The notes beneath the pieces were generated by a model, which did no database searches, was not told the origin of the DNA, and saw only the letters and a list, made by a program, of their open reading frames with translations. A stretch of 47,086 nt of DNA from a virus (lineage: Duplodnaviria; Caudoviricetes). How positions within the stretch are numbered: position 1 is the first letter of the stretch; every line of letters begins with the position of its first letter. The position numbers and the translations under genes are program-made. The stretch lies in IMG/VR virus record IMGVR_UViG_3300017747_003232, positions 1-47,086 of that record, one strand, 5' to 3'. Below, in pieces: positions 17,983-27,154 of this stretch.

Positions 17983-18894
17983 TTAAGCGCCCTCCGTGCC
18001 CCAAGTTCCGCGCCAGGAGAGGAAGGACGCAATGTATTCCTCAAAGACGGCGAACTTGTAGATCAGGTGGTCGATGTCGTACTCCTGACGAGACTTCCGG
18101 CCAACTCGCTGGAGGAAGAACAGAGGATTCTCTGCCTTCTTCGCAGGGAGAAGGAACCACGCTGTTGAGGAAGTCAAGTAGGGGTTGGTGACAACGCCCT
18201 CAATCATCCCGCCCGCGATGTTCTTCTCATTGTTCGGAGTGCCCGGCATCTTCGTTGAAGTGACAACTTCCTGAGCGTAGATCGACAGATCAGGCGGAAC
18301 GATCAGTTTGAACGGTCCCATAGAAGGGAATGGATCACCCTTTTCGGAGTCCACGTTCATGAGATCGGTAATCGCGGCCCGCAGAGCCGAAATCGAGAAC
18401 GCAGTTGCGACCGAAGCCTTGTTGCGTCCCGACCCAATCTCCTGGGTGTGATCCGTAGCGAACAGACTCTTGCTGTCTGCGCCGAGGTTGGCTGCCGCTG
18501 TGTTGAAGCCGAGGTTCAGGACGTTTGCGGCGACCTGCTCCTTCGTCTTGTCCATAGCAAGCATGATGTTCGGCACCGGCTGTGCGGCAAGGTTGTAGAG
18601 ATCAGTCTCTTTGGCCTGTTCCGACACTTGGTAACCGATTGCCCGCATGATCGGGGCATAGGTCTTGCTTCGGATCAGCCGCCACGTATCGAACGAGATC
18701 CCAGAGGTTTCGTTGACCGTGTTTGCCATGCCGAAGTCCGACACCTGAGCGACCTGGAAGTAGCTCTGGTTGTCGTTGAACGTCTTCCCGATAAACTGCG
18801 GGTACAGCGATTCTACGCTTTCGGCGTAGTTCTTGACGATCTTGTCTACGCCCACGCGGGCGAGGATGCCAAGTTGGGTAGTTGTCATTGCCAT
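17983..18894 (-). CDS. Major capsid protein (HK97 fold, Mu gpT-like family)
   Basis: KTKEQVAANVLN, GADSKSLFATDH, KLIVPPDL, NPYLTSSTAWFL and C-terminal WRGTWGTEGA. Confidence 0.85.
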   Translation of the reverse strand: MAMTTTQLGILARVGVDKIVKNYAESVESLYPQFIGKTFNDNQSYFQVAQVSDFGMANTVNETSGISFDTWRLIRSKTYAPIMRAIGYQVSEQAKETDLYNLAAQPVPNIMLAMDKTKEQVAANVLNLGFNTAAANLGADSKSLFATDHTQEIGSGRNKASVATAFSISALRAAITDLMNVDSEKGDPFPSMGPFKLIVPPDLSIYAQEVVTSTKMPGTPNNEKNIAGGMIEGVVTNPYLTSSTAWFLLPAKKAENPLFFLQRVGRKSRQEYDIDHLIYKFAVFEEYIASFLSWRGTWGTEGA

Positions 18895-18897
18895 GAG

Positions 18898-19473
18898 TTA
18901 TAGGCCTCCCAGCGTTTGAAGCGCAGACCGGACCTTGACCCAAACTCCTGGGTATTGGTCAGTTGCTGATCGGTCGTCAGGCTTCTCAGTGATGACAACC
19001 TTATTGATCCCGTCCGTACCGCTCGGGGCGGCAGAGCAGACAGTCTGAATGTCCCCAGCGCCGTTATAGCGGAAGAGTTCAGCTTTATCGCCGACCGCGA
19101 CATCTTGGAGTTGAGCGTCAGTGGCCGTATCGTTGTACAGCCGAAGGAAGAACTCCACGTTGTCCGTAGCCAAGATAACAGGGATGTTATTGGTCGTGGA
19201 CGCAGTGGTGTTGTTAGCCGAAGCTAATGCCATTCCAAGTACGAGATCGCCAGCAACAAGGCTGGCACTTTCAAGACCTGCCCCTGGGTCCACAATGGTG
19301 CCCAGGTTGATGACTTGACCCGAGGAGTTGAGTCCTACGAGTTCACCGTGTTGGAATGTCTGGCTGGCCGCTTCGGGATAGTGGCGAGTCGAGGACCCGC
19401 CCGCTCCGTCTGCGGTTCGCCATCGTGGGGTTTTCGGGAGCGTTCCCGAGCTATATGCGCCAGGTAGTGGCAT
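18898..19473 (-). CDS. Capsid-associated/decoration protein
   Basis: EAASQTFQHGELVGLNSSGQV pattern; directly upstream of the capsid gene; GGAGG RBS. Confidence 0.55.
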   Translation of the reverse strand: MPLPGAYSSGTLPKTPRWRTADGAGGSSTRHYPEAASQTFQHGELVGLNSSGQVINLGTIVDPGAGLESASLVAGDLVLGMALASANNTTASTTNNIPVILATDNVEFFLRLYNDTATDAQLQDVAVGDKAELFRYNGAGDIQTVCSAAPSGTDGINKVVITEKPDDRSATDQYPGVWVKVRSALQTLGGL

Positions 19474-19523
19474 TTATTTTTGTTTCCTCCTGATGGGATA
19501 TTTGCCGGACTACCCGGCAAAAT

Positions 19524-19985
19524 CTATTGATCGAATGTCTCCAAAGTAGCGTCTCGCTGTTCTTGGATTTGTCGTTTGGCCGCATCCGCTTCCGCATCAG
19601 CTACAAGAGCCTCCATCGTTTGCGTTGGGCCAAGGGTTACGGTATTTGAAGTCGCTCCGTCCACCGCAGCCGCCGCTGCTACACGGCGCATGGCTTTACT
19701 CTCAGCCTGTGCTTGGTGGTCACGGAACGCCTTCTCGGGATAGATGACGGTGACCTTGTTGTGCGTCTCGTCCGCGATCTGTCCCTTGAATGGACCGTCT
19801 TCGTCCAGGTAGACCTGAACCATGTCATCAAAGTTGTCTCGGGTGCCCTTGAAGATTTGGACAGCCCGCATCCCCGCAGGGGCTTTGTACTTCCCACGTG
19901 GTCGGCCCATCTCTCCCATCACGGAGGGAGAGCCTTGAGTCGGGGTTGGCTGTACGTGTTGTGGTCGTGGTCGTCCGTTAGACAT
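19524..19985 (-). CDS. Hypothetical head-module protein
   Basis: 153 aa between the scaffold and capsid genes; TAATG coupled. Confidence 0.55.
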   Translation of the reverse strand: MSNGRPRPQHVQPTPTQGSPSVMGEMGRPRGKYKAPAGMRAVQIFKGTRDNFDDMVQVYLDEDGPFKGQIADETHNKVTVIYPEKAFRDHQAQAESKAMRRVAAAAAVDGATSNTVTLGPTQTMEALVADAEADAAKRQIQEQRDATLETFDQ

Positions 19986-20554
19986 TAGCGAATCCCCGCC
20001 GCCCGCAGAGCGGCTTTATCTTCTGCGGTCATCTCTCCGAACGCTTGCTTCCATGCGTCCTCCCCGTCAAAACCTTGTGCTGATTGGTTGCTCACACCGT
20101 TGTTCCCCGCCTTGGGGCCGGTGGCGTTGAGCTTCCCTTGTTTTCGGACCTCCCGAAGGATAAGCCCTGAAAGAACTGCCGCGTTATCAGGGTTCGCCAA
20201 ATACTCGGGCGAACACTTGGCAAGTGCGTCCTTTGCCAACTGAACAGCGTCGGGTCCAATCTCCGCGCATTCGTCCATGACCATCTGCTGAGTGCGGTTG
20301 ATAGCAGTCATGGCTGACACGGCTTCTTTCATCGTCTCCGCTTTGATCTTCGCGGGGTCGATGTACGTCTCTTCAGGCGTGTTCTGCGACTCGATGTAAT
20401 CGCGCCATTCCTGGTCGCGCTTTTCGATGCGATCAGCCTGTGCCTGTCGTTCAGCTTCAAGCATTGCTTGAACCTGTGCGGGGGTGTAAGCCGGTGGGGC
20501 TTCTGCTACTCCCTCTTCTGTTTCCAAAAGTTCGATGTTGTCTTCGTCTTCCAT
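19985..20554 (-). CDS. Putative scaffolding protein
   Basis: Acidic N-terminus, coiled coil, C-terminal MTAEDKAALRAAGI helix; between portal and capsid. Confidence 0.6.
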   Translation of the reverse strand: MEDEDNIELLETEEGVAEAPPAYTPAQVQAMLEAERQAQADRIEKRDQEWRDYIESQNTPEETYIDPAKIKAETMKEAVSAMTAINRTQQMVMDECAEIGPDAVQLAKDALAKCSPEYLANPDNAAVLSGLILREVRKQGKLNATGPKAGNNGVSNQSAQGFDGEDAWKQAFGEMTAEDKAALRAAGIR

Positions 20555-20557
20555 TTT

Positions 20558-20800
20558 CTATTCCTTGGCCGCTTTCACGACCGCATCTTCAAAATCTTTG
20601 CTAAGAAGCCATTTGAGAAGTTCGGCCTTGCCCTGCGCTCGGCATAAGAGAGTCGCCTCCAACAGCGGGTCCTGAACTTCCAATGCCATTAAGCAATCCT
20701 GCCGCAATTTGCTGAGGGTCTTGCGCACCAGGTCCCATTCCGGGCTGCGGAACAACGCCCGCGCCGACTCCCCCGATTGCAAGTTGGATATATTGCTCAA
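20558..20800 (-). CDS. Small portal-adjacent helical protein (Bbp19-like), overlapping the portal 3' end
   Basis: LFRSPEWDLV...RAQGKAELLKWLL pattern; GGAGG 9 nt before TTG. Confidence 0.65.
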   Translation of the reverse strand: MSNISNLQSGESARALFRSPEWDLVRKTLSKLRQDCLMALEVQDPLLEATLLCRAQGKAELLKWLLSKDFEDAVVKAAKE

Positions 20801-22379
20801 TGACGTGATCCTCCATCGGTAGCTTCAAGGTCTTGATGAGAAGGCTGTAGAACTCCAGCATCAGTTGTGGCGGGAGCATTCCTTGAGCGACCATGTTTGC
20901 CGTCATCTCCATCGCCAGCTTTGTCTTCTCAATCAAAGCGCCAGGGGTCGATTCTTCGGTCTTGCCTGTGGGCTCAAACGTGTACTCGCCCGCGAACTCC
21001 TCCACGGACTGAGCGGGGAAGTCGTCTCCATAGTGCTGAATCAGCTTCACGAAGTACAACTGAGCCATCTCTACAAGGAAGGCGCAAAGTTCTGCCATTC
21101 CTTGACAAGAGTTGGAGCGGTATTCGTCCAGCCCCATCCGTTGCCCTTGAAGGATTCCCGAAACTTCCGTAGCCGTCGTATTCCCCGAGAACTGCTGTCC
21201 TTGACCGGCCTGGGATACACGAGATGCCGCGTCCGCGAGTTCCGACATCAGGGTAATCAACTGAGGCATCTGGCCCGAGTTGAACTGAGAAGGAACAGGG
21301 AACAGGCTTACATTCCCCGGCATGGAGATGATGGACCCCGGTTCGTATTCGATCAGCTTCCCGGCGTCCCCAATCGCGCCCGTGGCGATGATCGGGGTAG
21401 CGGCGTTCATTTGGGTGCCGTCAACCATGCAGTTCAGCAACTTGTCGAATACAAGCTGAATCGACTGCATCTTGTGAGCGACAGGGACTTCCCGCAGGAA
21501 CTCGTTCTCTTCGCTCTCTTGAAGGAAGACTTCAAAGTAGCCGGGGCGCAGGAACGGGATGTTCATGCTCATCTCAATCCCCTCCACGCGAACGGCGTAA
21601 GGCTCGCAGGAGAGTAGGATCTTCCGCCCGAAGGCTACGCGGCAAAGATGGTATTCGTCCCCGAACTTGGCAATAACCCTCCAGCACTCTACGGGCTGGT
21701 CGCCAGACAAGGACCCCTCGTAAGGCTGAGAGCGGGTCGTCCCCTGGAAGGCTTGGTCGTCGGGCCGGTCGCCACCCGATAAATCTTTCCTCTCCTCAAA
21801 GAACGCTTCGTTCTCTTTGAGGTCGTCTAGCCGTTCGTAGTAGCGGTCGGCACAGACGCGGGCTTTCTTGATTCCACCTTTGTAAGCGGGATAGATGATG
21901 AAGTTCTTGGGGTGGATAACGTCAGCTTTAGGGCCGAAATCTGCATAATCCTCATCGAAGTAGCAGAAAACGATGGCGGGCTCGGAAGTCGTTGCTCTTC
22001 GGACGGCGACCCGGAAGAACCGGTCGAAACTCATCCGCTCCATGAGGAACTGAACCACGTCAGAACCCTTCTTAGCTTTGCTTGTGGAGGCTCCGTAGCC
22101 GATGGCGGTGAAATAGGGCCTCGCGCTAAGGACAGGGCCGCAAATCGCCCCTACGAGTTGGTCAATCTTCGGTGAGAGCAAGGGGAACGTAGAAGGAGTG
22201 GTGGTTTCGTCGTAAAGCGACCCCTCATCCGTGGGGGTTTGCTTCGCCATCGCCTCTAAGCGAGCCCAGCGGTCCCCGATATTGCCTTGCTGTCGTTTGC
22301 CAGCTTCGATACACTGGCATAAGTATTGAGCAAGCTCCTTTCGCCCTTCGGGTTTCTTGATGTTTGGGAGCTTATTCAA
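20601..22379 (-). CDS. Portal protein
   Basis: 592 aa after terL; IHPKNFIIYP, EYEPGSII and QGQ...TTATEV motifs of P22-like portals. Confidence 0.85.
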   Translation of the reverse strand: MNKLPNIKKPEGRKELAQYLCQCIEAGKRQQGNIGDRWARLEAMAKQTPTDEGSLYDETTTPSTFPLLSPKIDQLVGAICGPVLSARPYFTAIGYGASTSKAKKGSDVVQFLMERMSFDRFFRVAVRRATTSEPAIVFCYFDEDYADFGPKADVIHPKNFIIYPAYKGGIKKARVCADRYYERLDDLKENEAFFEERKDLSGGDRPDDQAFQGTTRSQPYEGSLSGDQPVECWRVIAKFGDEYHLCRVAFGRKILLSCEPYAVRVEGIEMSMNIPFLRPGYFEVFLQESEENEFLREVPVAHKMQSIQLVFDKLLNCMVDGTQMNAATPIIATGAIGDAGKLIEYEPGSIISMPGNVSLFPVPSQFNSGQMPQLITLMSELADAASRVSQAGQGQQFSGNTTATEVSGILQGQRMGLDEYRSNSCQGMAELCAFLVEMAQLYFVKLIQHYGDDFPAQSVEEFAGEYTFEPTGKTEESTPGALIEKTKLAMEMTANMVAQGMLPPQLMLEFYSLLIKTLKLPMEDHVIEQYIQLAIGGVGAGVVPQPGMGPGAQDPQQIAAGLLNGIGSSGPAVGGDSLMPSAGQGRTSQMAS

Positions 22380-22956
22380 TGATTACCCCTATGTCTGACT
22401 CTGGAATGATCCAATGGTTGCCGATTTGGAGCCAATCGCCCGAGTTCGAGACGGTGACCCGTTGCCCGACTTCGTAATCCTCGCAGGATTCATGGACTTT
22501 GACGATAGTTGCCGTCTCTTTGGGAGGTTTGATCTGGATAATCACGGATTCTGGCTCGTCCCATTCCACCATGATGTTCTCAGGGGCGGGGATAACCTCT
22601 CCATCCTCGTCAAAAGCAACGATATGCTCCCAAATGCTGACGACGGACGCGATTGAGTCGCCCTGGAATACTTCTCGCCCCGTGATGCGATACCATCCTT
22701 CTTCGTGATCCACGTAAAGGCCGACATAGGGGCGGACATAAACTCTTGTCCCGACTGGGATCTCCGTTGCACAGGCAACTACCCCCGCGTCGGGGCGGGA
22801 GTTTCCTGATGTTCGGTCAGGGAGAAGGATTCCGCCCTCTGATTTCTCAGGCGGGGCGCACATGAAGATGACTGGCCGACCAGGGAGGGGCCTGAAGCGT
22901 GATTGTGGAACTTCGGGCCACACCGTTGCCTTATTCAGCACGTCAGCGTATTGCAT
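22372..22956 (-). CDS. groES: Co-chaperonin GroES-like protein with two tandem domains
   Basis: FRPLPGR...EKSEGGILLPD...GVV...IPVGTRV, followed by VIPAPENIMV...ATIVKV...YEVGQRV...IIPESDIGVIIE. Confidence 0.7.
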   Translation of the reverse strand: MQYADVLNKATVWPEVPQSRFRPLPGRPVIFMCAPPEKSEGGILLPDRTSGNSRPDAGVVACATEIPVGTRVYVRPYVGLYVDHEEGWYRITGREVFQGDSIASVVSIWEHIVAFDEDGEVIPAPENIMVEWDEPESVIIQIKPPKETATIVKVHESCEDYEVGQRVTVSNSGDWLQIGNHWIIPESDIGVIIE

Positions 22957-22997
22957 CGACTTAGTTAGTTTAACCCTTTTTCACGGAATATGACGTT

Positions 22998-23270
22998 TCA
23001 ATGTCTTAAAATGATGCCGTTCGTTGCTTCGAGGAATGTCCCCCAGTCAACATTGACACTTAGGACGGCGTTTTCACCCGGCTCGATCTCCGAGATATAG
23101 AACCCGGCACTTCCTACTCGGTCCCCCGGCTCTGCGTCCATCGGTTCGATCTGCTGAACTCCTTGATTCCCATTCTCCAGCCCCGCGACTCGTGCATTGA
23201 AGGCTTCCATCATCCCGAGTAGCCGGGAGACTTGTTCCTCAATCTTGTCCAACCGCTCGGCTGTACTCAA
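22998..23270 (-). CDS. Hypothetical protein (N-terminal coiled coil)
   Basis: 90 aa; TTG start overlapping the previous stop; AGGAG RBS. Confidence 0.55.
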   Translation of the reverse strand: MSTAERLDKIEEQVSRLLGMMEAFNARVAGLENGNQGVQQIEPMDAEPGDRVGSAGFYISEIEPGENAVLSVNVDWGTFLEATNGIILRH

Positions 23271-23527
23271 AAGAACTCCTTGAGAAGATCAAACGTCGCC
23301 CCTTCATTGAAGTAGGTGTCTCCGATCATGAGTTTGACGCCCTTGATCTCACCCTCTACAACATAGGCAACTGCGGTGAGTTCCACGTTGACAGTAGCCG
23401 TCTTCATTTTGGCTTGCTTGGACTGCATCGTAGCGAGTGCCATATCCATATCACGCATCTGGTTCTTGTCCTTGGGGATGGTGACCATCTCCTTTGTCTT
23501 CTCTACTTTCTCTTTCTTTGCTGCCAT
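23267..23527 (-). CDS. Hypothetical protein
   Basis: 86 aa; AGGAG RBS; follows terL. Confidence 0.6.
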   Translation of the reverse strand: MAAKKEKVEKTKEMVTIPKDKNQMRDMDMALATMQSKQAKMKTATVNVELTAVAYVVEGEIKGVKLMIGDTYFNEGATFDLLKEFF

Positions 23528-23529
23528 CG

Positions 23530-25035
23530 TTAGTTTCTCCTGAACATGCTGTCTTCGAGAGCCTTTAGCTCGGTGTCGATTTGGGTTCCCTGTTTGTTGC
23601 GACGGTATATCTTAACGCCGTTTCCTTTGCTGACAGGGAATGCGAAAATGTCGGGGCCGAGATACCGGAGAGCGTCAAGCCGGTGCCATTTCGACTTGTC
23701 TGCGATCTTTTCAGAGCGGTTCCCATCTTCGTCCGTGTCCCGTGAATACTGTTGAACATCCTCAATCAATGAGTTGAGGTCACTAAAGATGACGAGTTGA
23801 GCGAGTCCAGGGTGCTTGCCTTTTTCAATCGTCCGCTTAAACGCCGTCCATACGGTCTGGATTTGGTATTCAACGTTGGAGTCGGATGGTTTATTCAAAG
23901 GCTGTCCAGCAAGCGTCCAGAAGCCTCTCCACCCCACTTCCTGCGCCGATCCTGCGAAGCCTAGGGGAATCTTCGGGAATCCTTCTACTGCTCTCATCGC
24001 CATCTCCCTGAGTTTCTTGATATGACCGGCAGCGGTGTTCTGCTCGACTTCCCTTCCCGCCCCTCCGTGATAGGACCCGAAGATGTAAACCCTGCCCGTT
24101 GCTTCGCCGTAGTCGTCCAACTCTCTAGCTCCAAGGACGGCAGCGGTGTTGTCGGGTCCGAAGTCCACTCCCATGACGAGGGGCCAGTCGTTAGGGATGA
24201 GGAACCGTTTGCAGGTGTTCCGGTCGTGGGTGAAGCAGTCGTAAATCTGGCCCGCTGGTTGGGTGAACTTGCCTTCGTACATCATCTGCCATCTTTCGAT
24301 AGGCATGAGATCCTTCTCGGCTTCGATGATTGCTTTGTCTACAAGGGGGTTCATCCACGAGGGGAACTGATGCAGTGAATAATCAGGGTGGCCTTTATCC
24401 GCGATGTCGTGGATGTGCGTTTTGAAGAAGTTCCACTCGTAAGGAGTTGAGCCGAAGAGTATCCGACCGTAACCCGCCGACCTTGCTGGGTTGAGACGAC
24501 GGCGAAGGGCTTCGTAGGATGCTAACTTATTCTCCTTCTGCCCCACTTCGTCCCATACCGCGCAAACTCCTGTGACTGATTCAAGGTTGGATGAGTCTTC
24601 GGCGTAGGCGAACTGGATGATGAGTTCTGCCGAGAATCCTAAGAGTCGTCTTGCCCCTTCCTCCGAGAACTTGAAGACCGTTTCGGGGCTTTCGTAGAAC
24701 TTCCCAAGCTGGAGTTGTTCCTCAAGCAAGAGTCTGAGAGCGGGGATGGCTTGTTTCCTGAGCAGTTTGAGCGTGGGGCCGACGTACAGCCCGACTCCTC
24801 TTCCTAGTTTCTTGATGAGCGGAGAACAGCGTTGGAGTTCTCTGAGCATCCATCGGCATTGAATAGCGGTCTTCCCGCCTTGTGATCCGGCAACGCAGAC
24901 GACGTTCCTTGCAAAGCTCTCCCAGGCACTTAGCTGACCTTCATGGAACCAATCCGGGGGTGTTTCCGTGTCCAGCAGGGGGCGACCGACCGATTTGGCC
25001 TGGTCGAACATTTTATCTAAATCAATGCCTGCCAA
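23530..25035 (-). CDS. terL: Terminase large subunit
   Basis: Walker A AGSQGGKT, Walker B VWDE, coupling motif GSTP, nuclease motifs GVDFG and HRLDALRY. Confidence 0.92.
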   Translation of the reverse strand: MAGIDLDKMFDQAKSVGRPLLDTETPPDWFHEGQLSAWESFARNVVCVAGSQGGKTAIQCRWMLRELQRCSPLIKKLGRGVGLYVGPTLKLLRKQAIPALRLLLEEQLQLGKFYESPETVFKFSEEGARRLLGFSAELIIQFAYAEDSSNLESVTGVCAVWDEVGQKENKLASYEALRRRLNPARSAGYGRILFGSTPYEWNFFKTHIHDIADKGHPDYSLHQFPSWMNPLVDKAIIEAEKDLMPIERWQMMYEGKFTQPAGQIYDCFTHDRNTCKRFLIPNDWPLVMGVDFGPDNTAAVLGARELDDYGEATGRVYIFGSYHGGAGREVEQNTAAGHIKKLREMAMRAVEGFPKIPLGFAGSAQEVGWRGFWTLAGQPLNKPSDSNVEYQIQTVWTAFKRTIEKGKHPGLAQLVIFSDLNSLIEDVQQYSRDTDEDGNRSEKIADKSKWHRLDALRYLGPDIFAFPVSKGNGVKIYRRNKQGTQIDTELKALEDSMFRRN

Positions 25036-25062
25036 GGTTAACCTTCGTGCTACAATCCCGTT

Positions 25063-25263
25063 ATGGGAAAAGTGGTAGGGATCAAGCTCACTGATGAAGA
25101 ATACGAACGATGGAGCAAGTTTGCGTCCGAGAAAGGTTTCAGGGCTCCTTCAGAAATGTGCCGACATGCGACGAAGATCTTCATGAGCCCTATTTCGACT
25201 GAACATCCTATCAGTCTAGCGATGAATAACGATGAGGTTTTACCCGAAGGGAAAGGGGAATAG
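25063..25263 (+). CDS. Ribbon-helix-helix DNA-binding protein
   Basis: KVVGIKLTDEEYERWSKFASEKGFRAPSEMCR beta-alpha-alpha pattern. Confidence 0.65.
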   Translation: MGKVVGIKLTDEEYERWSKFASEKGFRAPSEMCRHATKIFMSPISTEHPISLAMNNDEVLPEGKGE

Positions 25264-25704
25264 CTATCCTTTCTCGTTCGGTTGCCTGAACAGCACCGGT
25301 AGCCCGGTGTTCTCGTGCATTCTAACGTCAAAATCGCAAGCCTTGAGCGTGGACGTGTCGAATCGCCATTCGATGAAGGCTTCAACTCTCGACCCCATGA
25401 CTCGGATTCCGCCATGTGCAGTCGGATAAACAGTCTTGCCTTCATGCTCAATCGGTTCAGGCTTGACGGCCATCGCCTCAGCCCATAGATCATCCCGCGA
25501 TGCACGGCGAATCTCGTCCATCCTGGCATGTTGCGCTAGTCTCTCTTCGTACCTAGCTTTGGCCTCTTGTTCCTCATAGGCTTTCTTGGCTTTGGCGCGA
25601 TCTTGGTAAACGTCGTCCATGACTCTGCCGTTTCCGGTAAGTCCGCCACCTGGATCGGGGACGCCATAGAATGGAGGGCCAGGGATTTTCTTGTCTTCGT
25701 TCAT
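25264..25704 (-). CDS. Hypothetical protein
   Basis: MNEDKK start, ATGA-coupled to the upstream ORF. Confidence 0.55.
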   Translation of the reverse strand: MNEDKKIPGPPFYGVPDPGGGLTGNGRVMDDVYQDRAKAKKAYEEQEAKARYEERLAQHARMDEIRRASRDDLWAEAMAVKPEPIEHEGKTVYPTAHGGIRVMGSRVEAFIEWRFDTSTLKACDFDVRMHENTGLPVLFRQPNEKG

Positions 25705-25865
25705 TTCTTCACCGGGAATCCTACAGCCCGCATTTCGCCTGGAGTGTGCCTCGGAGGGCAGAACAGCCAGAGCCCATAAGCGATGAGGGGGTCGATGGAT
25801 GATGTGGCGTACATTCCGTTTGACCATCCACCGACCTGACGGAGCAACCAGTAAGGCTTGCTCAT
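25701..25865 (-). CDS. Hypothetical protein (54 aa)
   Basis: MSKPYW start; ATGA overlaps at both ends. Confidence 0.5.
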   Translation of the reverse strand: MSKPYWLLRQVGGWSNGMYATSSIDPLIAYGLWLFCPPRHTPGEMRAVGFPVKK

Positions 25866-26146
25866 TTCTTCAACTCTCTCCAGGCTTCGAACAGAACGTC
25901 GTAGACATTCCTCATATCTTCCGGGTGGCAGAGCGGACAACGGATAGACCGTATGAGGCCTTCCTTGTGCCAAGTGGTCCCAACCGACCATCCTGGATGC
26001 CACATGCAACCGAGGGTCTTCTGTTCGCACTCAAACCCCGCGAGGCGCATGAGTTCATGGAGGGGTTCGATTGGTTCGGGCTTCTTGGGTGGGTCCTGCT
26101 TGATTACGACATTGAGCCCGCTCTCGGTGGCTGTCTCTTTGCTCAT
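25862..26146 (-). CDS. Hypothetical protein with CPLC motif
   Basis: 94 aa; -10-like TAAAAT 6 nt before ATG. Confidence 0.55.
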   Translation of the reverse strand: MSKETATESGLNVVIKQDPPKKPEPIEPLHELMRLAGFECEQKTLGCMWHPGWSVGTTWHKEGLIRSIRCPLCHPEDMRNVYDVLFEAWRELKK

Positions 26147-26223
26147 GCATTCATTTTACACGATATGTACCCGAAACAGTCATTGGCCCTAGTAAAGTTA
26201 GAAAACCGGGTACAATGCAGTGA

Positions 26224-26439
26224 GTGAGGACAACCAAATCACGGGCTCTTGAGGAGATTTTCGATCATCTGGACGCAATCCAGACCATTCTGGCCGCCCA
26301 AGGGATAGGAAATCGCCCCTGCGCAAAGCCCGGTTGCCCCAATCAAGTCATGAGAAAGGCAAGAAACGCAAAGTTCTGCTCGGATCGGTGTCGAAATGCA
26401 GAGGCACAGCACCGCAAAAGAGCCAAAAACAAGGCATAG
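26224..26439 (+). CDS. CGNR-like zinc-finger protein
   Basis: CAKPGCPN...AKFCSDRCRNAEAQHRKR. Confidence 0.7.
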   Translation: MRTTKSRALEEIFDHLDAIQTILAAQGIGNRPCAKPGCPNQVMRKARNAKFCSDRCRNAEAQHRKRAKNKA

Positions 26440-26490
26440 TCACGGGATAGTCATTTCCCCTAGTGAAACGAGAGAACCAGGTACAGAACA

Positions 26491-26748
26491 ATGGACGGAA
26501 TGAGGAAAACGATCAACATCGACGGCGTTATCTACGAAGAGTGCAGCCACGCAGAATGGACCGCAGACAAGAACGCCATCTTGCTTGAAGTAATGAAGGC
26601 CAGCACCTACTACAGACTCAAACCAAGAGAGCCGAGAACCTGGGAAGGGAAGCTGTGGGAAGCGGCAGGACAGATCAATACAGAATCCGGGGAACTGTGG
26701 AATTGGCCCGGAAACATCAAGGTGAAGATAACAGAGGTTATCGAATGA
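26491..26748 (+). CDS. Hypothetical protein
   Basis: 85 aa; YRLKPREPRTW...IKVKITEVIE; ATGA-coupled to the next ORF. Confidence 0.6.
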   Translation: MDGMRKTINIDGVIYEECSHAEWTADKNAILLEVMKASTYYRLKPREPRTWEGKLWEAAGQINTESGELWNWPGNIKVKITEVIE

Positions 26749-26945
26749 ACTGGGATTGGGCTTGCAGGAACCTACTCGAAGGGAACGAAGTCGCAATGAA
26801 GTCAGACACAAACGTAGAGTTCACATCGTTCAAGCTCGTTGGAGGCGAGATCCAATGCTACACAGACAAAGGGGGCTGGCACGAAACCACAGTCAGCCGA
26901 GAGATGATGGAAGCCATCGACTGGTATCTGCCATTTAAAGGTTAA
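26745..26945 (+). CDS. Tad2/DUF2829-like small protein (possible signalling-molecule sponge)
   Basis: MNW..A...LLEG.EVA at the N-terminus and IQCYTD..GW....S.EMMEAIDW at the C-terminus resemble the Tad2 pattern; the WNG motif is absent. Confidence 0.45.
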   Translation: MNWDWACRNLLEGNEVAMKSDTNVEFTSFKLVGGEIQCYTDKGGWHETTVSREMMEAIDWYLPFKG

Positions 26946-27048
26946 CCCTCCCCCTTTTTAGGTCAAAGTTATAGAACGTGCCTTCCCCGCCGACTTCATC
27001 ATGAAAAAGGGGGCTCCCCCTCCCCTCGGTTGAACCTGACATAGCAAT

Positions 27049-27091
27049 GCGCACGTCTCACGGCCCGTTACAGGCGTTGGACGTGCGTTTG
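27049..27091 (+). terminator. Possible terminator hairpin between convergent genes
   Basis: GCGCACGTC...GACGTGCGT stem followed by TTG; the T-tract is weak. Confidence 0.35.
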
Positions 27092-27154
27092 TGTGTGTGG
27101 AGCCCCATAAGCCCCTAAGTCTTGTGTACGGGTCAGGGAGGAGGCTTTAATAGC

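Noticed and set aside
17413-18894. Stop read-through fusing the capsid to the in-frame downstream protein (TAA-ATG)
   Set aside because: TAA is rarely read through and the downstream gene has its own GGAGG RBS.
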